In this document: positions 55,637 through 64,000 of the stretch, in pieces | Layout: every line of letters starts with the position of its first letter | Position numbering within the stretch: position 1 is the first letter of the stretch | Assembly (NCBI GenBank): GCA_030591585.1 | Contig: JAUVAS010000006.1 | Span: 1,714 to 65,713, forward strand | Length of the DNA: 64,000 nt | DNA from: Flavobacterium sp. | GTDB lineage: Bacteria; Bacteroidota; Bacteroidia; Flavobacteriales; Flavobacteriaceae | Reading direction: 5' to 3' | Program-made: the position numbers and the translations under genes | Notes under the pieces: generated by a model | Databases searched by the model: none | Told to the model about the DNA's origin: nothing | What the model saw: the letters and a program-made list of their open reading frames with translations, nothing else

Positions 55637-55684
55637 GAGATAAGAAGATGCATTCATTAAATAATCAAATTAAAAATAAAACAC

Positions 55685-58600
55685 ATGCTCAATAAAAGCA
55701 TAAAATACTTAATAGAGAATAAACTCGTAGCGGTATTGCTATTAGTATTATTTATTGGTTGGGGAATCTCAACAGCACCCTTTAATTGGGATACTGGAAA
55801 CTTTCCTAGAAATCCTGTGGCGGTAGATGCCATCCCAGACATCGGCGAAAACCAACAAATTGTTTTCACCAAATGGGAGGGGCGTTCTCCGCAAGATATA
55901 GAAGATCAAATAACGTATCCATTAACTTCTTCATTATTGGGGATTCCAGGAGTAAAAACCATTCGTAGTTCTTCTATGTTTGGGTTTTCTAGTATCTATA
56001 TCATTTTTGAAGAAGATATAGAATTCTATTGGAGTCGAAGCAGAATTTTAGAGAAACTAAATTCACTTCCAGCCAATTTATTACCAACCGAAGTACAACC
56101 AAGTCTAGGGCCAGATGCTACTGGATTAGGTCAGATATATTGGTACACTTTAGAAGGACGTGATGAAAACGGAAATGTAACAGGAGGTTGGGATTTACAT
56201 GAATTGCGAAGTATTCAAGATTATTACGTGAAGTATGCGCTTTCTTCAGCTTCAGGAGTATCTGAAGTAGCTTCCATTGGTGGATTTGTTCAAGAGTATC
56301 AAATAGATGTAGCTCCAGATGTTTTAAAGGAATACGGAATTTCTCTTCAGCAAGTAGTAAATGCTGTTCGTAAAACCAATAAAGATATTGGAGCTAAAAC
56401 GATTGAAATCAATCAAGCAGAATATTTAGTAAGAGGCTTAGGGTACGTTAAATCGGTTGCAGATATTGAAAATGCTGTGGTGACTTCAGAAAATTTAACT
56501 TCCATATTAATAAAAGACATTGCAAAAGTTTCACTAGGACCTGCAGAGCGAAGAGGAATGCTAGATAAAGAAGGAGCTGAGGTCGTAGGAGGTGTAGTGG
56601 TTGCTCGTTATGCTGCTAACCCAATGGAAGTCATCACTAATGTAAAAGAAAAAATAGCAGAAATTAGTGCAGGTTTACCATCCAAAATATTAAAAGACGG
56701 ACGAACGTCACAATTAACCATTGTACCATTTTACGACCGTACAGAATTGATTCAAGAAACGCTACATACCTTAAATGAAGCGTTATCAATGGAAATCATC
56801 ATCACCATTTTAGTGATTGTTTTGATGTTGTTTAACCTTAGAGTTTCTATTTTAATTTCAGGATTATTACCTGTGGCAGTACTAATGGTTTTTATTACCA
56901 TGAAAATGTTTAATGTAGATGCAAACATTGTGGCACTTTCTGGGATTGCCATTGCCATTGGTACGATGGTGGATGTTGGTGTGATACTTTCTGAAAATAT
57001 TATTCGACATCTTGAAGAAGAAAAGAGAAATGAAAAAAGAGAAGAGAAAAAAGAGAAGAGAAAAAAGACTGTTAATGAGATAGTTTACAGTGCTACTAAA
57101 GAAGTTTCAGGAGCCATTATTACTGCAGTGATGACGACCATTATCAGTTTTATTCCTGTGTTTACAATGATTGGCGCTGAAGGGAAATTATTCCGTCCAT
57201 TAGCATTTACAAAAACAATGGCATTAACTTCCTCTTTAATTGTGGCTTTATTTTTAATTCCACCCTTTGCTGCCTGGTTATTTGGTTGGAAATCTCCCAA
57301 GAAAAAGTTTGGACTCATTCTTAATATTAGCATGATTTCTGTAGGGGTTTTCGGTTTAGTAAGTGGTTATTATTTAGGGCTAATTTTAATAGGATTTGCA
57401 GTTTCAAGCATCTTGAAATCAAAAGAAATTCTTTCAGAAACCAAAGCAAACCTTTTAAATATTGCCATAACAACAATTGCAATTGTAATTCTATTGAGTA
57501 TTTATTGGAGGCCTTTAGGAGTAGATTATTCTATTATTTCAAACCTTCTATTTGTAAGTGTTATTTGCTTCGGATTGTTGAGTGTTTTCATATTATTTAG
57601 AAAGAATTATGTTCGAATTTTAGAGTGGGCTTTGGAGAATAAAGTATTGTTTTTAAGCATCCCTGCTATTATAATTGTCTTTGGAATTACTATAATGAAC
57701 AACACAGGTAAAGAGTTTATGCCTGCTTTAGATGAAGGCTCTTTTCTATTAATGCCAACATCATTACCACATGCGGGAGTTGCTGAAAACAAAAGAATAT
57801 TACAGCAATTAGATATGGCAGTTGCCTCTATACCAGAAATAAAAACGGTGGTTGGAAAAGCTGGTAGAGTTGAAAGTGCCTTAGACCCCGCGCCCTTATC
57901 GATGTATGAAAATATGATTATTTATACTTCGGAATATAAGCAGGATGCTGATGCTAATAGAGTAAAATTTAAAGTAAATGAAGATGATTTATTTGAAACA
58001 ATTTCGGGGAAATTCATAACTTCAGGAACAAAAATAGAAAGCAAAGAGCTAATTGAAGATGAAGATGGTAATTACTATCGAAATTGGCGAACAGAAATAA
58101 AATCACCCGATGATATCTGGAATGAAGTTGTACGGGTCACTAAGTTGCCTGGAATTACTTCAGCGCCAAAGTTGCAGCCTATTCAAACCAGATTGGTAAT
58201 GCTTCAAACAGGAATGAGAGCACCCATGGGAATAAAAGTGAAAGGACAAAACCTAGCTGATATCGAAGCCTTCGGTATTGAATTAGAAAAAATATTAAAG
58301 AAGGTTCCTGGGGTTAAAAAAGAAGCTGTTTTTGCTGATAGAATTGTAGGGAAACCTTATTTGCTAATCGATATAGATCGAGAAAAAATTGCTCGTTATG
58401 GATTATCAATTGATGATGTTCAAACTGTGTTAGAAGCTGCTATTGGAGGGAAAGTATTATCTCAGACCGTGGAGGGAAGAGAACGGTATGGAATACGAGT
58501 TCGGTACCCTAGAGAGTTGCGTACGAGTCCGAGTGATTTAGGGAAAATTTATGTTCCAACTCCTAAAGGAAATCCAATTCCATTAAAAGAATTGGTAGAA

Positions 58601-59392
58601 ATTAAATACGAACAAGGACCGCAAGTTATTAAAAGTGAAGATACCTTTTTAGTGGGTTATGTGCTGTTTGATAAACTAGATGATGAAGCGGAAGTAACTG
58701 TAGTAAAAAGAGCCCAAGACGCTATAGAAAGAGCCATTGAAAGAGGAGAGATAACAGTCCCAAAAGGAATTAACTATAAATTTACAGGAACTTATGAGAA
58801 TCAATTAAGAGCCGAAAAAACGCTTTCAATTGTAGTTCCGTTAGCCTTGTTGGTTATTTTTATGATTCTTTATTTTCAGTTTAAATCTGTTTCAACTTCA
58901 TTAATGGTATTCACAGGAATCGCAGTTGCTTTTGCTGGTGGATTTATTATGATATGGTTATATGGTGAACCTTGGTTTTTGAATTTTAATTTCTTCGGAA
59001 TCAACCTAAGAGAATTATTTCAAATGAATCCAATAAATTTGAGTGTTGCCGTATGGGTTGGATTTATAGCACTCTTCGGAATTGCAACCGATGATGGAGT
59101 AGTGATGGCAACTTATCTAACACAAACTTTCGAAAGAAACAATCCTAAATCTAAAGAAGAAATAAGAGCATCGATAGTTGAAGCAGGAGAGAAGCGAATT
59201 CGCCCTTGTTTAATGACGACCGCAACAACTATTTTGGCATTATTACCAATCTTGACTTCAACAGGACGCGGAAGCGATATTATGATTCCAATGGCAATAC
59301 CAAGCTTTGGAGGGATGTTGATTGCTTTAATTACATTGTTTGTAGTGCCGGTTTTGTTTAGCTGGAAGAAGGAGTTGGAAGCTAGAAACTAG
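55685..59392 (+). CDS. cusA: CusA/CzcA-family heavy-metal efflux RND transporter
   Basis: 1235 aa, 12-TM RND layout. The N-terminal VDAIPDIGENQQIVFTKWEGRSPQDIEDQITYPLTS and later ALSGIAIAIGTMVDVGVILSEN are CusA/CzcA-like. It lies with adaptor and TolC-like genes. Confidence 0.9.
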   Translation: MLNKSIKYLIENKLVAVLLLVLFIGWGISTAPFNWDTGNFPRNPVAVDAIPDIGENQQIVFTKWEGRSPQDIEDQITYPLTSSLLGIPGVKTIRSSSMFGFSSIYIIFEEDIEFYWSRSRILEKLNSLPANLLPTEVQPSLGPDATGLGQIYWYTLEGRDENGNVTGGWDLHELRSIQDYYVKYALSSASGVSEVASIGGFVQEYQIDVAPDVLKEYGISLQQVVNAVRKTNKDIGAKTIEINQAEYLVRGLGYVKSVADIENAVVTSENLTSILIKDIAKVSLGPAERRGMLDKEGAEVVGGVVVARYAANPMEVITNVKEKIAEISAGLPSKILKDGRTSQLTIVPFYDRTELIQETLHTLNEALSMEIIITILVIVLMLFNLRVSILISGLLPVAVLMVFITMKMFNVDANIVALSGIAIAIGTMVDVGVILSENIIRHLEEEKRNEKREEKKEKRKKTVNEIVYSATKEVSGAIITAVMTTIISFIPVFTMIGAEGKLFRPLAFTKTMALTSSLIVALFLIPPFAAWLFGWKSPKKKFGLILNISMISVGVFGLVSGYYLGLILIGFAVSSILKSKEILSETKANLLNIAITTIAIVILLSIYWRPLGVDYSIISNLLFVSVICFGLLSVFILFRKNYVRILEWALENKVLFLSIPAIIIVFGITIMNNTGKEFMPALDEGSFLLMPTSLPHAGVAENKRILQQLDMAVASIPEIKTVVGKAGRVESALDPAPLSMYENMIIYTSEYKQDADANRVKFKVNEDDLFETISGKFITSGTKIESKELIEDEDGNYYRNWRTEIKSPDDIWNEVVRVTKLPGITSAPKLQPIQTRLVMLQTGMRAPMGIKVKGQNLADIEAFGIELEKILKKVPGVKKEAVFADRIVGKPYLLIDIDREKIARYGLSIDDVQTVLEAAIGGKVLSQTVEGRERYGIRVRYPRELRTSPSDLGKIYVPTPKGNPIPLKELVEIKYEQGPQVIKSEDTFLVGYVLFDKLDDEAEVTVVKRAQDAIERAIERGEITVPKGINYKFTGTYENQLRAEKTLSIVVPLALLVIFMILYFQFKSVSTSLMVFTGIAVAFAGGFIMIWLYGEPWFLNFNFFGINLRELFQMNPINLSVAVWVGFIALFGIATDDGVVMATYLTQTFERNNPKSKEEIRASIVEAGEKRIRPCLMTTATTILALLPILTSTGRGSDIMIPMAIPSFGGMLIALITLFVVPVLFSWKKELEARN

Positions 59393-59419
59393 AAGTTGGA
59401 AGTTGGAAGTTGGAAAATA
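59364..59419 (+). repeat. Tandem heptamer array (consensus GAAGTTG, about 8 units) spanning the cusA stop
   Basis: ggaagaa ggagttg gaagcta gaaacta gaagttg gaagttg gaagttg gaaaata. The first units encode the last cusA codons. Confidence 0.8.
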
Positions 59420-59491
59420 ATGGATGAAATTAATGATATAAGTAAAATGCTTACAAAGCTTCATCAAAATTGGAAAAATTTTAAAAAATAA
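59420..59491 (+). pseudogene. 23-codon mini-ORF, possibly a relic of the 3' end of a four-helix-bundle (23S rRNA IVS protein family) gene
   Basis: MDEINDISKMLTKLHQNWKNFKK resembles the usual C-terminal helix of that family (acidic-I/L-N-D/E-I-x-KM...). It is flanked by inverted heptamer arrays. The assignment is from memory of the family pattern only. Confidence 0.3.
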
Positions 59492-59551
59492 TTAAAGACT
59501 AAATAAGATTGAAAGTAAAAGTTATGAGGTTAGCAAAATAAATCAAACCTC

Positions 59552-59572
59552 TAGCTTCAAACTTCAAACTTC
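59552..59572 (-). repeat. Inverted partner heptamer array
   Basis: The plus strand reads tagcttc aaacttc aaacttc, the reverse complement of gaagttt gaagttt gaagcta, mirroring the array at 59364-59419. Confidence 0.75.
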
Positions 59573-59585
59573 AATTTATTACGAT

Positions 59586-60800
59586 ATGAAAACAAAAATA
59601 GTAATAACAATAAGTATTCTGTTCACTGCAATAAGTAGTCACGCCCAATCATTACAAGAATACTTAGCAATTGCAAAAGAGAATAGTTCAGAATTAAAAA
59701 TTAATAATTACGAATATGAGATAGCAAAAGAGAAAGTACTGGAAATTGGTAATAACACTAATACCAGTTTTAATTTTGGGTATTTTATTCAAAGACCAGA
59801 ATCTCGTGTTGGACCTCAAGTAGCTATGGGAGGAATTAATCAACAGTTTCCTTGGTTTGGGACAAAAAACTCTGAACGAGAAATGGTAAAATCGGCGGCA
59901 GAAGTTTGGAAATATGATGTGGAACTTTCGGAAAGAGATTTACTATACAAAGTAAAAGAAGCTTATTATAACCTGTATGAAAAACAAGCGTTAACAGTTA
60001 TTTTAATGGAAAATAAAGAGATACTAATGACCTATGAAAATATGGCATTAGCAGCACTGGAAAATAACAAAGCAACTTTTAGTGACGTGTCTTTAATTAG
60101 GGTTCAGAAAAATGAATTGCATAGTAAAATGTTTCAAAACTACAATGAAATAGAAGCGTTGAGTAATAATTTTAACAGATTATTGCAAAGAGATATAAAT
60201 GAAATTGTAAATATTTTAGACGGTCTAAATGTTACCGATATTTTAATAGGAAAAATAGGTGTAGATAACCATCCGAGTTTAGATAAAATGGATCAGTTAA
60301 ACCATGTGTTGGAAAATGAAAATGAGTTGATTGGAAAAGAAAATACACCTACAATTGGAGTTGGATTAGATTATATAATCGTTAATAAAATTGAAAACAT
60401 TGATATTGTAGACAACGGAAAAGACATTATTCTTCCTACGGTTTCATTTTCTATCCCTATTTTTAATAAGGATTATAAATCGAAAAGCAATCAGATAAAG
60501 ATTCGACAAGACCTGATAATTTCAGAAAAAATAAATCAGAAACGATTATTAGAAATGGCTTTAGAAGATGCATTGCTATCTTTTAATAACTCAATATTAA
60601 GTGTAGTTGCAGCACAAAAAAACAAAGAAGAAATACAACATGCCATCAATATTAATTTAAAAGCTTATGAAACAGGAATTTTAAATTATAAAAATATAGT
60701 TGGACTTCAGTTGCAAAAAATTAAATACCAGTTGATGGAAATAGCTGCAACCAAAAACGCCTTTATTGCAAAGGCAACAATAGAATACCTTACTAATTAA
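59586..60800 (+). CDS. TolC-family outer-membrane efflux protein
   Basis: Signal peptide ending SHAQS, 404 aa. Two-fold repeated coiled-coil/beta pattern typical of outer membrane factors. It lies between cusA and the adaptor gene. Confidence 0.75.
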   Translation: MKTKIVITISILFTAISSHAQSLQEYLAIAKENSSELKINNYEYEIAKEKVLEIGNNTNTSFNFGYFIQRPESRVGPQVAMGGINQQFPWFGTKNSEREMVKSAAEVWKYDVELSERDLLYKVKEAYYNLYEKQALTVILMENKEILMTYENMALAALENNKATFSDVSLIRVQKNELHSKMFQNYNEIEALSNNFNRLLQRDINEIVNILDGLNVTDILIGKIGVDNHPSLDKMDQLNHVLENENELIGKENTPTIGVGLDYIIVNKIENIDIVDNGKDIILPTVSFSIPIFNKDYKSKSNQIKIRQDLIISEKINQKRLLEMALEDALLSFNNSILSVVAAQKNKEEIQHAININLKAYETGILNYKNIVGLQLQKIKYQLMEIAATKNAFIAKATIEYLTN

Positions 60801-60812
60801 AACATATTACAA

Positions 60813-62270
60813 ATGAAAAAATATATAACATACATAGGGTTTTTAGCCATTGGATTATTAATTGGATGGTTTGTTTTTGGAAACAATTCTCAAAAAGAAC
60901 CTCACGACCATTCAACTGAAACCATAGAAGAACATTGGACTTGCTCGATGCATCCTCAAATAGATTTACCAGAATTTGGTGCTTGCCCAATATGTGGGAT
61001 GGATTTAATTCTTAGAACAGAGACAGAAGAGGGCTTATCCAAGAATCAGTTTAAAATGTCCAAAAATGCTATGGCATTAGCAAACATAGAGACGATTGTT
61101 GTTGACAGCACTTCAGAAACTTCAAAAACAATTACATTATCTGGAAAAATCTCAACAAATGACAAAGCCAGTGCTATACAAACCGCTCATTTTGGAGGGA
61201 GAATTGAAAAATTAAACTTTAAAACAGTAGGTGAATTTGTTTCAAAAGGAGCTTTAATAGCTTCTATTTATTCGCCAGAATTGGTGACGGCTCAAAATGA
61301 ATTAATTGAAGCAATATCAATAAAAGAATCTCAACCAGAATTATACAATGCAGTACGTAATAAACTAAAATACTGGAAGATTTCAGAAAAACAAATTCAA
61401 GACATTGAATACAATAAAAAAGTGCACTCTAATTTTAATATGTATGCGAATGTTTCAGGTTATATTTCAGAAATATTTGTGGAAGAAGGGAATCATGTGA
61501 AAGAAGGGGCTCCTCTTTTTAATGTTGCAAATTTAGGAAGTGTATGGGCAGAATTTGATGTGTATGAAAAAGATATAAAAAGCCTAAAAGTAAATCAAGC
61601 AATTGTTATAAGAATTAATGCCTACCCAGATAAAAAGATAAATGCGACTATTGATTTTATAAATCCAGTATTAAATAACACAACTAGAACAGTTACTGTT
61701 AGAGCAACATTGTCAAACAATGATAATTTATTAAAACCAGGTATGCTTATTACTAGTAACTTAGAAATAGATTTTAAAAATAATACGTCTAAAATACTTT
61801 TAATACCAAAATCAGCTGTGCTGTGGACGGGTAAAAGATCTGTTGTTTACGTTAAAGTATCTTCAATAGAGCCGCTATTTGAAATGAGAGAAGTAAGTTT
61901 AGGAAGCGATATTGGTGATAACTATGAAATTTTACAGGGATTAACCAAAGGGGAAGAAGTTGTATTTAATGGCACATTTACGGTAGATGCTGCCGCACAA
62001 TTGCAAGGTAAAACGAGTATGATGAATCGAAAGGGAGGAAAAATAAGTACTGGTGGTCATACTGATATGGATATGGGAGGTAGTTATGAAAAAAGAGGAG
62101 ATGAACAGGGTGCTGACAGTGGTGAAGTAATGGAAGGTTACCAATGTCCTATGGATTGTGAACATGGTAAACTATATGATGAGCCAGGTAGTTGCCCAGT
62201 TTGTAAGATGGATTTGAAGAAAATAAATAAAAATATAGAATCAGAAAATGTAATGAATCACAATCATTAA
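60813..62270 (+). CDS. Efflux RND periplasmic adaptor (CusB-like) with N- and C-terminal CxxC heavy-metal-binding modules
   Basis: TM anchor. N-terminal HWTCSMHPQIDLPEFGACPICGMDL; membrane-fusion-protein core (SGKISTNDK..., GMLITSNLEI, GEEVVFNGTF); C-terminal YQCPMDCEHGKLYDEPGSCPVCKMDL; His/Met/Asp-rich stretches (GGHTDMDMGG, NVMNHNH). Confidence 0.85.
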   Translation: MKKYITYIGFLAIGLLIGWFVFGNNSQKEPHDHSTETIEEHWTCSMHPQIDLPEFGACPICGMDLILRTETEEGLSKNQFKMSKNAMALANIETIVVDSTSETSKTITLSGKISTNDKASAIQTAHFGGRIEKLNFKTVGEFVSKGALIASIYSPELVTAQNELIEAISIKESQPELYNAVRNKLKYWKISEKQIQDIEYNKKVHSNFNMYANVSGYISEIFVEEGNHVKEGAPLFNVANLGSVWAEFDVYEKDIKSLKVNQAIVIRINAYPDKKINATIDFINPVLNNTTRTVTVRATLSNNDNLLKPGMLITSNLEIDFKNNTSKILLIPKSAVLWTGKRSVVYVKVSSIEPLFEMREVSLGSDIGDNYEILQGLTKGEEVVFNGTFTVDAAAQLQGKTSMMNRKGGKISTGGHTDMDMGGSYEKRGDEQGADSGEVMEGYQCPMDCEHGKLYDEPGSCPVCKMDLKKINKNIESENVMNHNH

Positions 62271-62323
62271 CTATTTAATGATAAAATGTAACATTTATCA
62301 CCTTTTAAAATTATAGTTAGTCT

Positions 62324-62331
62324 TATTTTTG
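62324..62331 (+). promoter_or_regulatory. Candidate -7 promoter box for the multicopper oxidase gene
   Basis: TATTTTTG ends 26 nt before ATG 62357. Confidence 0.45.
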
Positions 62332-62356
62332 TTTTAAATCAAAAACCAATAAAATT

Positions 62357-64000
62357 ATGAAGACTCGGATTCTAATCCTTTTATTGATAGGTGTAGTAGC
62401 AAATGTATTTTCACAAAACCAGTTAATAATCCCTGGGACTATTACAAGTTCAGATATTAATTTAACATTACAAAACGGAACTCATGAGTTCTTTGCTGGA
62501 GAAACTACCGTGACAATGGGAGTTAATGGGAATATTTTAGGACCTACATTAATTTTAAATCAAGGAGGAAATGTAAATATAAACGTTACTAACAATCTTG
62601 GAGAAGAGACCACTATTCATTGGCACGGCTTACACGTTTCTGCAGAAAATGATGGAGGACCTCATACTATAATCGACCCAGGAGCCACTTGGAATCCACA
62701 ATTTACAGTATTAGATAGAGCAGCAACATATTGGTATCACCCTCATTTACTAGATGTTACCGATGAACATGCTAGTAAAGGTATTGCAGGGTTTATAATC
62801 GTTAAAGATGATGATGAAGCGGCATTAGAATTGCCTAGAACTTATGGAGTTGATGACTTTCCATTAGCAGTACAAACAAAAGATTTTGATGCTAATTTTC
62901 AGATTGTTAATCATGCAAATAACGATGATATCGTAATGGTTAATGCAACTATTAATCCTGAAACAGATATTCCTGCTCAAGTAGTAAGACTTCGACTTTT
63001 AAATGGTTCATCTCAGCGAGTTTTTAATTTTGGTTTTTCTGATAATATGACTTTCTATCAAATTGCAACAGATGGAGGATTAAGAGCAGAGCCACTTGCA
63101 TTAACAAGATTGCCTCTTTCACCTGGAGAGCGTTCAGAAATATTGATAGACTTAAATGGATTAAACGGGCAGACTATTCAATTAATGAGTTATGCTTCAG
63201 AATTTTCAAATGGTATTTATGGAGCAACTTACCCAGGAATGGGACAAGGAATGGGGTTAGACAATTATAACCCTAATCCATTAAATGGAGCAGATTTTAA
63301 TATTTTACAATTAAATGTGGTTCCACAAACTGCCAATCCCGTAACCACTATTCCTTCAAGTTTGGTAGATGTGATTCCTTATTTGGAAGAAGATTCAGAT
63401 CAAACTAGAACATTTATTATGGAACCTACAACACAAGGTCCTAACCAATTAAATGGAATGTTTACTATTAATGGTGTAAATATGGATATGAATATAATTA
63501 ATGTAACGGTACCTTTAAATAATATCGAAATATGGAATATTCAGAATAACACGGGAATTTCACATCCTTTTCATGTACACGATGTACAATACTATATATT
63601 AGATATTAACGGAAATCCTCCACCTGCTTATGCCCAAGGATGGAAAGATACTTTTTTAGTGCCAGCTGGACAGGGAACGGTACGTTTTATCACAAAATTT
63701 GAAGACTTTGCAGATGATACTGTACCCTATATGTATCATTGTCATATGCTAACACACGAAGATGATGGTATGATGGGACAATTTGTGGTAGTAGATTTAT
63801 TGGGTATTGATGAATTTGATTCAGAAAATGAAGTGTTACTATACCCAAACCCATCAGAAGGAGTCTATATGACGATACATTTAAAAGACCCTTCTAAAAA
63901 AATACTATCCTATGCCGTAATTAATGAATTGGGGCAGATAATTAGTTATCATAAAATTCATGCAAATGAAATTAGTAATAAATATTCATTTCCTATTTTC
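62357..64000 (+). CDS. Multicopper oxidase with T9SS C-terminal sorting domain (3' end outside window; not in the supplied ORF track)
   Basis: My own translation is open from ATG 62357 to the window edge (548 codons). Signal peptide ILILLLIGVVANVFSQ. Copper sites HWHGLHV, WYHPH, HPFHVHD, HCHMLTHEDDGMMGQF. Then LLYPNPSEGVYMTIHL..., a T9SS CTD start. Confidence 0.85.
   Translation, partial: MKTRILILLLIGVVANVFSQNQLIIPGTITSSDINLTLQNGTHEFFAGETTVTMGVNGNILGPTLILNQGGNVNINVTNNLGEETTIHWHGLHVSAENDGGPHTIIDPGATWNPQFTVLDRAATYWYHPHLLDVTDEHASKGIAGFIIVKDDDEAALELPRTYGVDDFPLAVQTKDFDANFQIVNHANNDDIVMVNATINPETDIPAQVVRLRLLNGSSQRVFNFGFSDNMTFYQIATDGGLRAEPLALTRLPLSPGERSEILIDLNGLNGQTIQLMSYASEFSNGIYGATYPGMGQGMGLDNYNPNPLNGADFNILQLNVVPQTANPVTTIPSSLVDVIPYLEEDSDQTRTFIMEPTTQGPNQLNGMFTINGVNMDMNIINVTVPLNNIEIWNIQNNTGISHPFHVHDVQYYILDINGNPPPAYAQGWKDTFLVPAGQGTVRFITKFEDFADDTVPYMYHCHMLTHEDDGMMGQFVVVDLLGIDEFDSENEVLLYPNPSEGVYMTIHLKDPSKKILSYAVINELGQIISYHKIHANEISNKYSFPIF

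Noticed and set aside
57014-57068. 55-nt polypurine tract (a single T at 57031) inside cusA, which looked like a simple repeat or insertion.
   Set aside because: It is in frame and encodes EEEKRNEKREEKKEKRKK at the position of the naturally variable cytoplasmic loop that follows the ...VILSENIIRHLEE segment (E. coli CusA has an unrelated sequence of similar length there). It is therefore a low-complexity loop rather than a separate element.
1-64000. Looked for CRISPR arrays, rRNA or tRNA genes, transposases, integrases, reverse transcriptases, large defence-type ATPases and restriction-modification genes.
   Set aside because: No regularly spaced direct repeats and no tRNA-like T-loop or acceptor signatures were found in the few spacers longer than 150 nt. 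None of the ORF products carries such motifs. The only AAA/P-loop proteins are FtsK, ComM/YifB and YchF, all housekeeping.

Overview
AT-rich, densely coding 64-kb chromosomal segment that reads as a Flavobacteriia (Bacteroidota) genome. Support: T9SS C-terminal sorting domains, exact TAnnTTTG -7 promoter boxes 9-59 nt upstream of many start codons, and flavobacterial synteny (ftsK-lolA-lptF/G-ribB; pfkA-gap-pgi). I count about 49 protein genes. I saw no rRNA, tRNA, CRISPR array, transposase, integrase or phage module. Positions 1-37.6 kb are mostly housekeeping: ychF, ribB, ftsK, tpx/peroxiredoxin, lpd, gdhA, pabB, tilS, dsbD-like, glycolysis genes, comM. dnaK, panB and an rluA-family gene lie further on. 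Accessory-looking material: (a) an exported DUF2235/Tle1-like lipase at 37.7 kb; (b) a 3.7-kb block at 41.9-45.6 kb, bracketed by an inverted 26-bp REP-like pair, holding a partly decayed tandem duplication of a small-ORF plus 7-TM-protein cassette next to a sensor-less histidine kinase and a LuxR-type regulator; (c) a BNR/T9SS gene with an in-frame TGA; (d) at 50.8-55.1 kb a self-contained operon of three exported hydrolases (DUF900 alpha/beta hydrolase, papain-like C1 peptidase with a DUF4384-like tail, caspase-like C14 peptidase with an unassigned C-terminal domain); (e) a copper/silver resistance island at 55.1-64.0 kb (HYC_CC_PP-like protein, CusA, TolC-like, CusB-like with two metal-binding modules, T9SS-tagged multicopper oxidase). 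The hydrolase operon (d) is my best candidate for an undescribed system, followed by the duplicated cassette (b). Non-coding observations include a roughly 100-bp repeated terminator-plus-promoter module after lpd and gdhA, a family of short GC-richer elements directly after stop codons, a GC-rich possible sRNA upstream of dnaK, and heptamer inverted repeats around a mini-ORF between cusA and tolC. All domain calls come from motif recognition by eye; no searches or structure predictions were run.
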